From assembly GCF_001194135.2 (NCBI RefSeq), contig NC_068989.1:18533314-18597215 (forward strand): DNA of 63,902 nt. The letters are read 5' to 3'. Every line of letters starts with the position of its first letter. Position 1 is the first letter of the stretch. A model generated the notes under the pieces. That model was not told the DNA's origin. It did no database searches and saw only the letters and a list, made by a program, of their open reading frames with translations. The translations under genes were made by a program, and so were the position numbers. Positions 1 through 13,059 of this stretch are shown piece by piece. Origin of the DNA: Octopus bimaculoides. Taxonomy: Eukaryota.

Positions 1-64
<64 letters not shown>

Positions 65-331
65 CTCTCTCTTCTCTGTTTTATTTATATTACCGTTTCC
101 AACAGCCGCTGACATATTTATGCTTTTACCATACATCACACACCAATACCCGTTCTTTCACCTTCAAAATACATTAAACATTGCGATGACGAATGTATAC
201 CCATCTTACATCTTTTATGTTCAAACAAATACGTTACAAACTCATATACACATACACGCGCACACAGCACAAGCGCAAATAGAAATTAAGAACTGTAACA
301 CATATACATAGTACATGCATTCATTCATTCA

Positions 332-364
<33 letters not shown>

Positions 365-995
365 GCATATATACACACACACACACATATATATATATAC
401 ACACATACACACATATATATATACACATACACATACACATATGTATGCACACACACACATGCACACACACACCCNNNNNNNNNNNNNNNNNNNNNNNNNN
501 NNNNNNNNNNNNNNNNNNNNNNNNNNNNNNNNNNNNNNNNNNNNNNNNNNNNNNNNNNNNNNNNNNNNNNNNNNNNNNNNNNNNNNNNNNNNNNNNNNNN
601 NNNNNNNNNNNNNNNNNNNNNNNNNNNNNNNNNNNNNNNNNNNNNNNNNNNNNNNNNNNNNNNNNNNNNNNNNNNNNNNNNNNNNNNNNNNNNNNNNNNN
701 NNNNNNNNNNNNNNNNNNNNNNNNNNNNNNNNNNNNNNNNNNNNNNNNNNNNNNNNNNNNNNNNNNNNNNNNNNNNNNNNNNNNNNNNNNNNNNNNNNNN
801 NNNNNNNNNNNNNNNNNNNNNNNNNNNNNNNNNNNNNNNNNNNNNNNNNNNNNNNNNNNNNNNNNNNNNNAAGAGACCGATAGAGTAAGTACCAGGTTTA
901 CAAAGAATGCGTTCTGGGTTCGATCCGTTCGAATAAAAGGCAAAGCTTCCAGCATGGCCGCAGTTAAATGACAAACAAATAAAAGAGTAAAAGAG

Positions 996-1040
<45 letters not shown>

Positions 1041-1676
1041 CACACTTCTACAGATACATTTAATTGTGTGTGTGTGTGTGTGTTTTCACTTTTCTGTAAC
1101 AAAAACAGACTTTCAGACACTCGTGTATTTTGTTTTACCCAAGGCCATGTGCCAAAGCACTGCCCGAGTACATATACTCCGAAATAAGTACGCAGACACA
1201 CGCGCGCACACATTCATAAGGCAAAGCACACACACGGTCAAAGAATGCATAGGACACTGAATAATATTTACATACACCCACACTGTATTAAACAACTTCC
1301 CAATGATACATGCAAACTCACATGTATACACACACATAAGCATACTCTTTATGACTGTGTGTACGTGTGAGTGAGAGAGAGAGGTGGCGAGAGATTGACA
1401 CACAAACACACACACAGGCTCTGACTATGAATACACCCACTTCTGTTTCAAAATAGAACACTTCACTAAGAATCTATTATCAGAAGACCAACTGTTTGAA
1501 CTGCATTTGGAAGTCTTTTAAGATTTCGCTTGGGTTGGAAGGGAAGCCTTATCACTAATTGTCACTTTAATAAGTAAAACAAAGGGATCCATTTCTATCG
1601 GTGAACCCTGATAAATAAATAAAAAGCTTTTTGAGTAATATTTGGTAGACTGAAAGAAACCCAAAGAAGCTCGTCG

Positions 1677-2369
1677 TGTGTGTGTGTGTGTAGGTGTACG
1701 TAGGGTGGCTCTATGGTGGGTAGTTTTCTTCTCAACCACATGGTTCCGGGTTCAGATCCACGGCGTGGCACCTTGCACAAGTGTCTTCTGCTATAGTCTC
1801 GGGTCGAAACTGAAAGAAACCTGCCGTGTGTGTGTGTGTGTGTGTGTGTAGGCGTACGTAGGGTGGCTCTATGGTGGGTAGTTTTGTTCTCAACCACATG
1901 GTTCCGGGTTCAGATCCACTGCGTGGCACCTTGGACAAGTGTCTTCTGCTAGTCTCAAGTCGAAACTGAAAGAAACCTGCCGTGTGTGTGTGTGTGTGTG
2001 TNNNNNNNNNNNNNNNNNNNNNNNNNNNNNNNNNNNNNNNNNNNNNNNNNNNNNNNNNNNNNNNNNNNNNNNNNNNNNNNNNNNNNNNNNNNNNNNNNNN
2101 NNNNNNNNNNNNNNNNNNNNNNNNNNNNNNNNNNNNNNNNNNNNNNNNNNNNNNNNNNNNNNNNNNNNNNNNNNNNNNNNNNNNNNNNNNNNNNNNNNNN
2201 NNNNNNNNNNNNNNNNNNNNNNNNNNNNNNNNNNNNNNNNNNNNNNNNNNNNNNNNNNNNNNNNNNNNNNNNNNNNNNNNNNNNNNNNNNNNNNNNNNNN
2301 NNNNNNNNNNNNNNNNNNNNNNNNNNNNNNNNNNNNNNNNNNNNNNNNNNNNNNNNNNNNNNNNNNNNN

Positions 2370-2425
<56 letters not shown>

Positions 2426-2645
2426 GGTGTGTATCTTTTTGTCTGTGCTTGTCTTCCCTGTCCACTGCTTGACAGCCAGTATTGGTTTGTTTACATCCCC
2501 TTAACGGTTCGACCAAAAAGATCAATAGAATTAAAGTACCAAACTTTAAAATAAGTACTGGGATCGACTTTTTTTTTAGTAAAAACCTTTCGATGTGGTG
2601 CCCCAGCATGACCGTAGTCCAATGACTGAAACAGGTAAAAGATAA
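1677..2645 (+). mobile_element. Family B-like SINE with tandemly duplicated head
   Basis: Two ~158-bp head+(GT)n units sharing private variants, gap, then a variant 3' module at 2420-2645. Confidence 0.75.
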
Positions 2646-5404
2646 ATGATAACGCTAACAGTTGTCCATGCCTACATTTTCCCCCTCTCCCCGTGGCCGT
2701 TGATGCCCAAGAGAAAGGCCAAAGCGTTTAGGGGTCAGTACAATATGGGACCAATGTCATCGAAAGTGTTACTGTGAGAATACGGAGAGCCGGAAAAGCT
2801 GTCACAAGAATTTTATCAAGTCTCTAACAGTTCGGCAAATCTACCGTCCTAGATTGCTATTTTTTTTTTTTATCGATATCGAAAGCATGAAAGGCAAAGT
2901 TGACTTCGGCAGAATTTGAACTCAGAACATAGGGAGTCAGAATAAATACCATGAGGCATTTTATCCAACGTATTGATAACTCCGTCAATTCGCCACTTCT
3001 AGCCATGTTTCGCTTTTTTAACTATTTTAGAGTGCGATTAATTTATTATTGTTTTTGTTACCCACAAGTCAGCTCTTATCCCACTCATGATTACCCTTGT
3101 CTGTTTAGGGCAACGTGAATCATTCCCATCTTACACATAAAGATTCCCTTACACGAAGAAAAAAGACAGGATGGTCACAGCTGGAATGCATTTGAATCTC
3201 ATTAATCTGCAATATCAAGGTTGACCCGAGAGCTAAGTAATAACAGCAACAACTCTGCAGAAGTACCTTCGACCTTTGCTGACCATTTTCAGCCAGTGGA
3301 ACTGTTGGCCACTATCAGCCACTTGTACTTGGCACATTAACAGGGTGAGAAACTAACTGGTGCTTGACACACTAACTAGTTACTACCAGTCATTCTAAAA
3401 ATTGTAGTGAGACCACAGGAAAGATATATTAGATAATGAAAGACAAGTAATAGCTTTCATTGGTCAGTACTTAGCAAAGATTGTCCAACGTACTGTTGAT
3501 TATTTTGTCAATGTACCAGACCAGTACGATTGATGTTGGTAACGTTCTGCTTTAACTGTTGCCAGTCATGAGCACAAAGTGGTAGATGGGCGACCTGCTG
3601 GGGAAGGAGAGGCCAATACTTACAACATTGCGGTTCCACGAGCTTTGTAGAAGGTTAGTTGAAGTATTTTCTGTTTCAAAAGAGAGAAGCCAGACTTTGT
3701 GATGAGAGACTAGGGATCTTTTCTGATTGGCTGCATCTGTGGAAATTTGAAAGTTTATTGAAAGTTTTAAAATTTGGTGTATTTTTGTAATTTTCCAAGC
3801 TGAATCTCAGGAGATATTTTTTCAGGAAAAATGTTTAAAGAAAGTTATAGAGGTTTAAAGTTTGAGCATTTTCACCCAGTCAGAAAACAGGATTTGGAAG
3901 CTGTCATTTTTTTGCCTGACAGCACGTGTAGTCAACTGTAAACAAATGAAATATCGGCGGAATTCTACTTTATACACGCTGTATAACCCCTCATAACTTG
4001 GGGGGGGGGGATTTTCAGAAAAAAATTAGCGAATTTGTATTCTACACACGGGAATTCATATGATTATGCAACAACAAAAGCAAAAATTTGAGGGTGCGTG
4101 ATTTAAGGCCTATTTAGCGGTTATTTTTAGCACATCCCACAACCACCACAATGAGTAGAATATATTTGTCAATACGTGCTTTCTCGCAGACAAAAGAGTT
4201 CTTGTGTTTGTCTTGGAACTATGGAAAAAGGCATGAATGTCTCTGTGGTTTACGATTGACTAAAATTACCCAAAATTTTCAAACTTTAAAAGCTAATAAC
4301 TCTTTATTGATTGATTAATGGCGAAAATGAATTTCATGGCGTTGAATTAGCATATAAAACTCTATTATTTCATCAGAAATTGAATGATTTCGAACAGAAA
4401 TTGAAGAGGTTGAAAATTGACAGCCAAACGGAAATTTCCGGGACTAGCTATGATAAAGATGTCCATTTACTTTGAGAGATCCTCTAGTTGCGTGCTACTC
4501 GTGTTTATTGTCAGGGAATAAGATGCAATGATGTTTTCTTGACATGAGCTGTACATGTATTTAGTTAGGTGCAGTCTAGATTAATTAATGTTATGGTACT
4601 CGTTATATTGTGTTAGCGTCTAATTTATTATGACAAAAGTAAGCTATGCTGTCAAATATTTTAGGTCCGTTATCCCTGGAAAGCCAAACAGACGTTTGCT
4701 AGAATTAATCAATCAAAATTCACAGCAAGGAAATGTATAGCCTGTACAACGAGACACAACCTCCTTCCTCCATCTTTCTTGGTCATCAGCCAACCTCATG
4801 TTTTCCATCACCTTCCTCCCTATTACAATACCTTTATTTCCTAAATAGATTTATCTGTACGAACAGTGGGGTTAACCAGGTCAATAAATGTGTGTGAAAA
4901 GAGAGAGAGAAGGGAGAGACAGAGAGCGATAGAGAGATATAGAGGGAGAGAGAGGGGATAGAGCGAAAGAGGGAGAGAGTGGGGATAGAGCGAAAGAGGG
5001 AGAGAGTGAGAGAGAAAGATGATGGTCGGAAAGTGTATTCGGTGAAAACAGTAGATCAAATTAGTGGGTCAAATTTAGTGCAGTTCGTGACTGTCCCACC
5101 AGATGTGTGTAATTTTACTCATTCAAGTGAAGTATACTTTTTCAAAGTTTCCGCTCAGTGTATTAAAAGTATTTAAAATAAATAGTTATCTAACTCGATA
5201 TGTACTGGTTGGCTTTTTCGTCGTTGATCAACTTGATCAACGGTATTACAGAGACAGTATCTTAACCACTTCTGCTGTGCCTGGGCTGTTTCTAAAAGCA
5301 AGTTTTTACTCCAATCCATTCATATAAACGCTATGAAATATAAAGGAAAGTAAGTCAATACGTCTGCAGCGTCCATGGAACTGCAGTGGATGCCAGATAT
5401 TGGT

Positions 5405-5790
5405 TAAGTATAGATGCCAGGTGACTTTCAGCAGCTTTCTCAGGCAGTTCATGTAGAAACGATTTAGCTTTATGGTGTAACGTTCATAAACCGTACATGT
5501 CTCACAAGTGTACAGTAGAGTAGGCAGAACAACTCCTTGGTACACCTTCAACTTGGAGGCCAGCCTAATGTCTCTCCTCTCCCACACTAAATCACGTAGC
5601 CGCTTGAATACTGAGCTTCTTGGCGATGTGTGCGTCGACCTTGTTGTCAATGTTCACAGATATGAAGCGTGTGTTAGCCTTCAGGATTTCCACTTCAACA
5701 GTGATAGCTAGTTCCACACACGGCTTTTGTCGGGCAGGGTGGTACATGATTTCTGTCTTCTGAGAACTGATTGTCAAGGTTGAAGTTGTT
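5405..5790 (-). mobile_element. RTE/BovB-like LINE RT C-terminal fragment (inverted segment)
   Basis: TISSQKTEIMY...VWERRDIRLASKLKVYQGVVLPTLLYTCETCTVY...CLRKLLKVTW. Confidence 0.85.
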
Positions 5791-5894
5791 GCAGGCAGTG
5801 GAAATGCAGTTCCTACTCTGCTACATCTGGGCTTCTGTGGCGTTGTTGCAGGCAATGGAAATGCAGTTCCTACATCTGCAACTCTGCTACACTC

Positions 5895-6212
5895 TGCTAC
5901 ATGTGGTGTTGAATGCGCAGATCTTTGAGATCAACTCCGACACCTGAAAAACACAAGCGCAAGCCCGCCCTACCTGACGAAACTGCACCAGCAGAGGTGT
6001 CACCATTCATGAGCATAACAGGATTGCGAACTACCCAAGTCTGGAGCCAACTCCTTGCTTTCAGTCCCAGCAGACCAGCAGTGTCCGACCTGCAGCAGAG
6101 CCTTCCGAGCACGCTTTGGACTGATCGGTCACAACCAAACATGCCGTGCCCCGTCTTTTTCTCCCATGTGATGTCCTTGGTCATCGTCGACAACGATGGA
6201 CAAACGAACGAT
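5895..6212 (+). mobile_element. RTE/BovB-like LINE 3' end
   Basis: FEINSDT*KTQAQARPT*RN..., zinc-finger-like CPTCSRAFRARFGLIGH at 6082-6132, then a short 3' UTR. Confidence 0.75.
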
Positions 6213-6609
6213 AACCGTACTACAGAGGTGAAATAAATGCCGTTAACGTTCTGTTTAAACTTTTTAACAATGATCAACTCGAGCTGATCAAGTCTCTTTA
6301 CTATGGCGTTGGGTTGACTAAAGCCTAGTAAATGAAATTGAATGATAGAAACTTTGTGGAAGACATCAGAGACGCTGCTCCTGTTTTGAAGTGGTAAACT
6401 TAACCCATCATCCGATTTATCATTATCGCCTGGCACTTGTCTACTTAGCAGATATTTGGATCAGGTGCCTCGTTTAGAATAACTCCCTCCCTTCCTCCTC
6501 AGCCACCACCATCACCCCACAGAGACACTAAAGAGTATCATGGTGCATTGCCCTTCCTCCTGTGACCAAGCCATTAAAAATAAATCTAAATTAGACAGTG
6601 GTATTGTCC

Positions 6610-6725
6610 TCCAGAATTACGGATCTCCGGAACGCATCTAGTTATTCAGCTGATGACGTATGCGTCGTTTAGTCTAGTCTCTTTGCTCGATCACAGCTGA
6701 TCCGGTGGGTGAGTGGGTGGGTGGG
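6610..6725 (+). promoter_or_regulatory. Candidate promoter (LHFPL2 upstream)
   Basis: CpG-retaining non-repeat sequence with CCGGAA (ETS), TGACGTA (CRE-like) and two CAGCTG E-boxes. Confidence 0.3.
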
Positions 6726-6959
6726 GATCATACAATAACAAACAACTGGTGTCTGTCGTCTTCTGCTGAATTTGTCAATATAAACAAATATATCTTAACA
6801 AGTAAAAAGCTGTCAGATTAAGAGATAAGTATATCTCTGGCTCCGTCTGATGTTAGATTTGAGGTTGACATTTTGTAAAGTCAACATCAAAGCATGACCA
6901 GTTTTTGTTTATAGAGCTCAAATTCGGTCTGAACAACATTTATACAGAAATTTATGTAG

Positions 6960-7170
6960 TCATACTGGTTTCAAATTTTGGCACAAGGCCAGCAATTTCA
7001 AATAAGCGGGTGAGTCGATCACAGCAACTCCTGTACTCAGCTAGTACTTCTTTTATCGACCCCGAAAGGATGAAAGGCAAAGTAGACCTCGGCGGAATTT
7101 GAACTCGGAACGTAAAAACAGACGAAATGCCGCTAAGCATTTTGCCCGACATGCTAACGATTCTACCAGC
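6960..7170 (-). mobile_element. SINE family C (alternative tail)
   Basis: Same head/centre; tail GCTGGCCTTGTGCCAAAATTTGAAACC; further copies near 2865, 18540, 22875, 32775, 37225, 38135, 57560, 60845. Confidence 0.85.
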
Positions 7171-7197
7171 TTGCCACCTACAGGAACTACGGTATAC

Positions 7198-7424
7198 TCT
7201 CTTTTACTCTTTTACTTGTTTCAGTCATTTGACTGCGGCCATACTGGAGCACCGCCTTTAGTCGAACAAATCGACCCAAGGACTTATTCTTTGTAAGCCT
7301 AGTACTTATTCTATCGGTATCTTTTGCCGAACCGCTAAGTTACGGGGACGTAAACACAACAGCATCGGTTGTNNNNNNNNNNNNNNNNNNNNNNNNNNNN
7401 NNNNNNNNNNNNNNNNNNNNNNNN

Positions 7425-7467
<43 letters not shown>

Positions 7468-7630
7468 GACAGGCTTCTTTCAGTTTCCGTCTACCAAATC
7501 CACTCACAAGGCTTTGGTCGGCCCGAGGCTATAGTAGAAGACACTTGCCCGAAATGCCACGCAGTGGGACTGAACCCAGTACCATGTGGTTGATAAGCAA
7601 GCTACTTACCACACAGCCACTCCTGCGCCT
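7198..7630 (-). mobile_element. SINE family B
   Basis: Full reverse-complement copy with central (TA)n and gap. Confidence 0.9.
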
Positions 7631-8009
7631 ACCAGTATGAGTATATCTATATATCGAAATATAGATATACTCGATGCCAACAGCGGACACACGTCCAACT
7701 GTGTTCTTTTTTTTTTTTTTGTTTTTTAGAAAGAAAAAAAAACGAAAGAGTAAATTTTTAGGACAGTGTTGGGTGAGATATTCAGTGTCTGATAAACAAG
7801 GATATGACATGATAATCATGGATGAAGCGCTTTCTAATCATAAATCAAAGTTGAGCCCAAAGTAAAAAAAGACTTCAAGCCAACTCCCGTTTCATGTAAC
7901 CTCCCAAGCCTCTGAAACCGATCTCATATAAACTCCTCGTTTCTCATTTACCCCCATTCTGGGATTAATCTGAACTTGGTTTCATCTACTACTACCACTA
8001 CTACTACTG

Positions 8010-8390
8010 TGGAGGCGCAATGGCCCAGTGGTTAGGGCAGCGGACTCGCGGTCATAGGATCGCGGTTTCGATTCCCAGACCGGGCGTTGTGAGTGTTTAT
8101 AGAGCGAAGACACCTAAAGCTCCACGAGGCTCCGGCAGGGGATGATGGCGAACCCTGCTGTACTCTTTCACCACAACTTTCTCTCACTCTTACTTCCTGT
8201 TTCTGTTCTGTCTGTAATTCAAAGGGGCCAGCTTTGTCGCACAGTGTCACGCTGAGTATCCCCGAGAACTACGTTAAGGGTACACGTGTCTGTGGAGTGC
8301 TCAGTCACTTGCACGTCAATTTCACGAGCAGGCTGTTCCGTTGATCGGATCAACTGGAACCCTCGACGTCGTAAGCGACGGAGTGCCAAC
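8010..8390 (+). mobile_element. tRNA-derived SINE family A (~385 bp)
   Basis: A box TGGCCCAGTGG, B-box-like GTTTCGATTCC, 3' end GCGACGGAGTGCCAAC; inserted in (CTA)n. Confidence 0.9.
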
Positions 8391-8505
8391 ACTACTACTA
8401 CTACTACTACTTCAATCATCCCCATCATCATCCCTACTGCCACAAATATTGTTGCCACTTCTACTATTACCACTGCTATCACGACTACAAATGCTGCTGC
8501 TGCTG

Positions 8506-8556
<51 letters not shown>

Positions 8557-10039
8557 ACACTGCTACTAGAGTTACTACTAATGCAGCAGGAATAAAATCT
8601 AATATATCATGGTTTAAGATGAAATCCTCTTCCAGCAACCATCCAGGGACAGCTTGAAATCGATTTGATCCTACTTCTCAGTTATCTGAACTGGATTTCA
8701 AATTACTGGGAGGTGGGGGTTGAATTGGTGGAGGGTAGGTAATCTGAGCTCGTTATACTGGGTCTAAAATCTTTAAGACCACCGTCCTGTCCAGCAACTT
8801 GTATTTATAGACATTCTCTGAATAATATTACAGTGATAAATATCTTTGTGAGACTGACTTGAAACTTGAGCAGAATAAACAAGCATGGTGATTTGTTGAA
8901 TGTTAAAGTAAGCAGCAGACAAATATTTCCATCACCACCACCACCACAACAACAACACATACACACCATCTCTACTAACAGTACCACCACCATTATCATC
9001 ATTACCACAGCCAACAATAACGCTACCATCACCACGACTACCACTATCATCGCCACCACTACCAATACTACCATTATGGCCACTACTATAAATCCATCAT
9101 CATCATCATCATCATCCCAACCACCGTTACCGTTACCATGATTGTGGTACCCCAGTAGTCTGCTACAAAAAAAACGAAAGAGTCCATTTTTTGGACAGTT
9201 GGGTTAGATATACAATATCTGATAAACAAGGATATGACATGATGATCATAGGTGGAGTGCTTTCTAATCATAAAAAGCACCCCAGTTACTAAATGTCATC
9301 ACCCCCTCCCTCACATCACCTCAACCACTATATTCACTCCAGTCATCACCAGTAAGTACCACCACTAGTAACATCATCACTATTACCATCATTATCTCAA
9401 TGACCATCTCTACCACCATCATCACAATGGATGGTAAGTTGATGGAGATGAAGATGTTTTTACATTGTATTTAGTATATAGATTAGGGCAATGTTCAGAG
9501 ATTGTAGTTACGGCTGATATGTAGTTGGTATTGAGCCAATGTGTAGAGTTGTTGCAGACATGGAGGAGTAGTTAAGAAGGCTGAAAAGCAAAGACACATC
9601 AGATGAATGCCTTGCTGTATTTAGTCTGACACTGAGTAAAAATCCCTCCAAGGCCAACTTTGCCATTCATCCTTTCAAGGTTGATAAAAAAAGGTAACAA
9701 TCCAAGATGGCGGAGTGGTGGAATTGTAAGAATCTTGGACTGAAATACCTTGTGGTATTTGTTCCAGCTCTATATGGTTTGAGTTCAAATCCTCTCATGA
9801 CCTATTTGGATGATAGACTTAATCCATTGCCCATTTTTAATACCACCATCTGGTACTCAAGGTACCTTTCACAGAGTCTATATTTGTTCAGGACATCCCT
9901 TTCGTTTGTGGATTCCTTCATTACTCCTTCTCAGCAACTTTTAGGGGTCCCATAAAGAGCCATGCACACTACCTCCCTGAAAGTCAACCACAGTGGGGTT
10001 TTTTTTTTTATCAGAATATGAAGAGAAATAACTATGTAG

Positions 10040-10140
10040 TGGCGCGAAATTATAGCTGCCATTGAGGAAGTACTATCTGCACATGCGCAAGGGACTTGCC
10101 TTTCCGGAAGCCCATCGAGTGCGCATACGTAGTAAAACTA
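10040..10140 (+). promoter_or_regulatory. Candidate promoter/enhancer (LHFPL2 upstream)
   Basis: GGCGCGAAA (E2F-like), GCACATGCGCA and GTGCGCAT (NRF1-like), TTCCGGAA (ETS) within 100 bp. Confidence 0.3.
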
Positions 10141-10724
10141 GTACTTAAAGAGTTTGTTTCACTTTCTAAGCCTCTTGACTGCGATACCTTCGACGTGACA
10201 ACACCTTGCTCCTCAATGAGGCATTCTTCACCATGATACCTTCGATGGTGATAGCTACTTGCTCCTCTGGCATGCATCAAGGAAGCTCTTAACCTTCCAA
10301 TACCAAATTACAACTCAATCAGCGGCTGCTAAGCTGAATGACACAGGATTTATTTATAAAACCAAGCATCATCAAAAATAAAATTTATTTTTATTATGTT
10401 GTTAATTGTTCTACTGTTTCTTCATATATAATGCTGTTGAAAGGTGATAGAGAGAGACTAATGTTTCTATTACAACTATCAACCTTTTACGACTAAATAT
10501 CATGACGTATTTGCTCACCTTTGTTCTTCTTCTTCTTGATGTTGATGTTGATTAGCCCCATAATCAGATAGGATTAGAATTAAGCATTCCATTAATGACC
10601 ATCATGTCATTTCATTTAGACATTATTCAATGTGTGCTGTCCTATAAGGCGCTGATCTGACAGAAACGTTAAGCACGCCAAGCGAAATGCTTAGCGGTAT
10701 TTTGTCTGTCTTTACATTCTGAGT

Positions 10725-11118
10725 GTGGAGGTGCAATGGCCCAGTGGTTAGGGCAGCGGACTCGCAGTCATAGGATCGCGGTTTCGGTTCCTAGACTGGG
10801 CGTTGTGAGTGTTTATTGAGTGAAAACACCTAAAGTTCCATGAGGCTCCGGCAGGGGATGGTGGCGAACCCTACTGTACTCTTTCACCACAGCTTTCTCT
10901 CACTCTTTCTTCTTGTTTCTGTTGTGCCTGTAATTCAAAGGGTCAGCCTTGTCACACTGTGTCACGCTGAATATCCCCGAGAACTACGTTAAGGGTACAC
11001 GTGTCTGTGGAGTGCTCAGCCACTTGCACGTTAATTGCACGAGCAGGCTGTTCCGTTGATTGGATCAACTGGAACCCTCGACGTTGTAAGCGACGGAGTG
11101 CCAACAACAACAACAACA
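10725..11118 (+). mobile_element. SINE family A inserted into a family C SINE
   Basis: Full copy with (CAA)n tail; 11-bp TSD ACATTCTGAGT at 10714-10724 and 11119-11129. Confidence 0.92.
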
Positions 11119-11540
11119 ACATTCTGAGTTCAAATTCCACCAAGGTCGACTTTGCCTTTCATCCTTTCGGGGTCAATAAAAATAAGTATCAGTCGAGCAC
11201 TGGGGTCAAATCGACTAGTCCCCTTCCCTGAAATCTCAGGCTTTGTGCCTAGAGTAGAAAGGATTATTATTATTATTAATTACCAGTTGTGTACTGAAAT
11301 CAACCTAATCAACTGGGCCCCCCCTCCCCAAAAATTTCGAGCCTTGAGTAGAAAAGAACGTGTGCTGTCCTTTCTTCAAGATGGTAAGGTCTAATTTAAG
11401 ACAAAATTGTAGGAGACCTTGTGACCATTGCTTCTCAACTGAGACAGTAACATCTCCAAGGGAAGCTACAGTACATTTCAGAGGTAACTGGGAATATACA
11501 AGAAACAAACTGAAATTAAAATTCGCTTGGCATATTTAAA

Positions 11541-11752
11541 AGAGGATGTTGACTGATTCAACTTATCAAAGAGGTGCTAGCTGATTCAGTTTTCTTTATC
11601 AAAGAATGCTGGCTGATTCAACTTGTCATCAAGGAATGCTGGCTGATTCCATTTATCAGGAAAAGGTGTTAACTGATTCCACTTGTCATCAAAAGAGTGT
11701 TGCTTGATTCAACATATTAAAAGGATACTGGCTGATTCAACTTCTCATTAAA
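11541..11752. repeat. Degenerate ~30-bp tandem array, 7 units
   Basis: TGATTC(A/C) core at 11554, 11582, 11614, 11644, 11674, 11705, 11733. Confidence 0.85.
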
Positions 11753-12061
11753 GTTAATATACTGTTCAGTTCTCCCATCATCATCATTTTAACATCTACT
11801 TTTCCATGCTTTCATGCACATTGGTGAGGTTAGGATCTTCTGTGGTCAGATTCCCTTCCTGTCACCAACTTTACCTGTCTCCAGGCAAGGTAATATTTCC
11901 CCATGGCCAGACATGTTTTTCATGGAAGACTAGAAAGGAACATTGTCATTTATATGATAGGGGTGCTTGAATACAACTATCATGTGATGTAAGGACAAGG
12001 ATACACACAAACACACACACTTATGTGTGTGTGTTTGTGTGTATTCTTACATATGCATTGG

Positions 12062-12200
12062 GCTTCTTTTAGTTTCTGTCTACCAAATCCACAAGGCCTT
12101 GGACTGCCTGGAACTATAGTAGAACAATCTATTTGCCCAAATGCCATACAGTGAGACTGAACCCAAAACTTCTTAATCACACAGCCATACCTGCACCTGT
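12062..12200 (-). mobile_element. SINE family B head fragment
   Basis: Reverse complement of the family B tRNA head and CORE-like part. Confidence 0.75.
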
Positions 12201-12254
12201 AACTATGCATATATATGTGTATACTCATACACATATAATATCTATAAGTATAAC

Positions 12255-12307
<53 letters not shown>

Positions 12308-13059
12308 TTTGTATTTATTTTGCAAAATTCTTTATTGTGTTGAAACAGATGTCATTCCTTGGGATAGGTCATCTTGCCAATAAAAACACACCCACTGGTT
12401 TCTTTTTTAATGATAAGACAAACATGTATTCCTTTTATTAGTATTATTATTATTATTAGTCAACTACTTCACTAATTTTGCAATTAGCTAATTGATTGTT
12501 TCACCACTTACATCATCAATCAATCAGTTGGTTTATCACTAACTAGTTTGTGGTTATGACAAACCTGAAGGAGATGAAAGCATCTTATTGATGAAGTGCT
12601 AAACGGTAGTGATGAAAGGATTTTGACAACCCAACTGATTCATTAATAGTGAAGCAACCAATGTGTGTTTTTGTTGGCAAAATGGCCCTACCCAACAACA
12701 TATGTGTGTTTATGTATGTGGGTATGTATTCATATATGTGTGTATATATGTGTGTATGTATATGTAATAAAAATCTTGAGTAAAGTAAAAATGAATCATA
12801 ATATTTATTCTCTTTTTCTTGCAGTTTTTCCATTTTCCTTGCTGGTCTGCTACCATTACACACCACATTTGAATGACTACTTGAGAACAGCTTCCAGAGA
12901 CCAAGTAGAAGGACCATTTGAAGGCTTACAAAAATTTTACTGTTTATTAAACAAGATTCTTCTTTGTCTTAAAAAAGAAAAATATAATCAAATAAAAAAG
13001 ATATAATATTATTAAAAACAAACTTCTTATTGAGAAAAGGAAGAAAGAAATTATTAACA

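Noticed and set aside
5897-6436. 179-aa minus-strand ORF
   Set aside because: Mostly antisense to the RTE 3' end; no recognisable domain or convincing splice sites for the unique part.
8010-8085. tRNA gene-like sequences with A and B boxes
   Set aside because: They are SINE heads continuing into shared bodies with TSDs; no complete cloverleaf.
9704-9715. CAAGATGGCGG YY1-like motif
   Set aside because: Coincides with the start of a decayed SINE head; no other promoter evidence.
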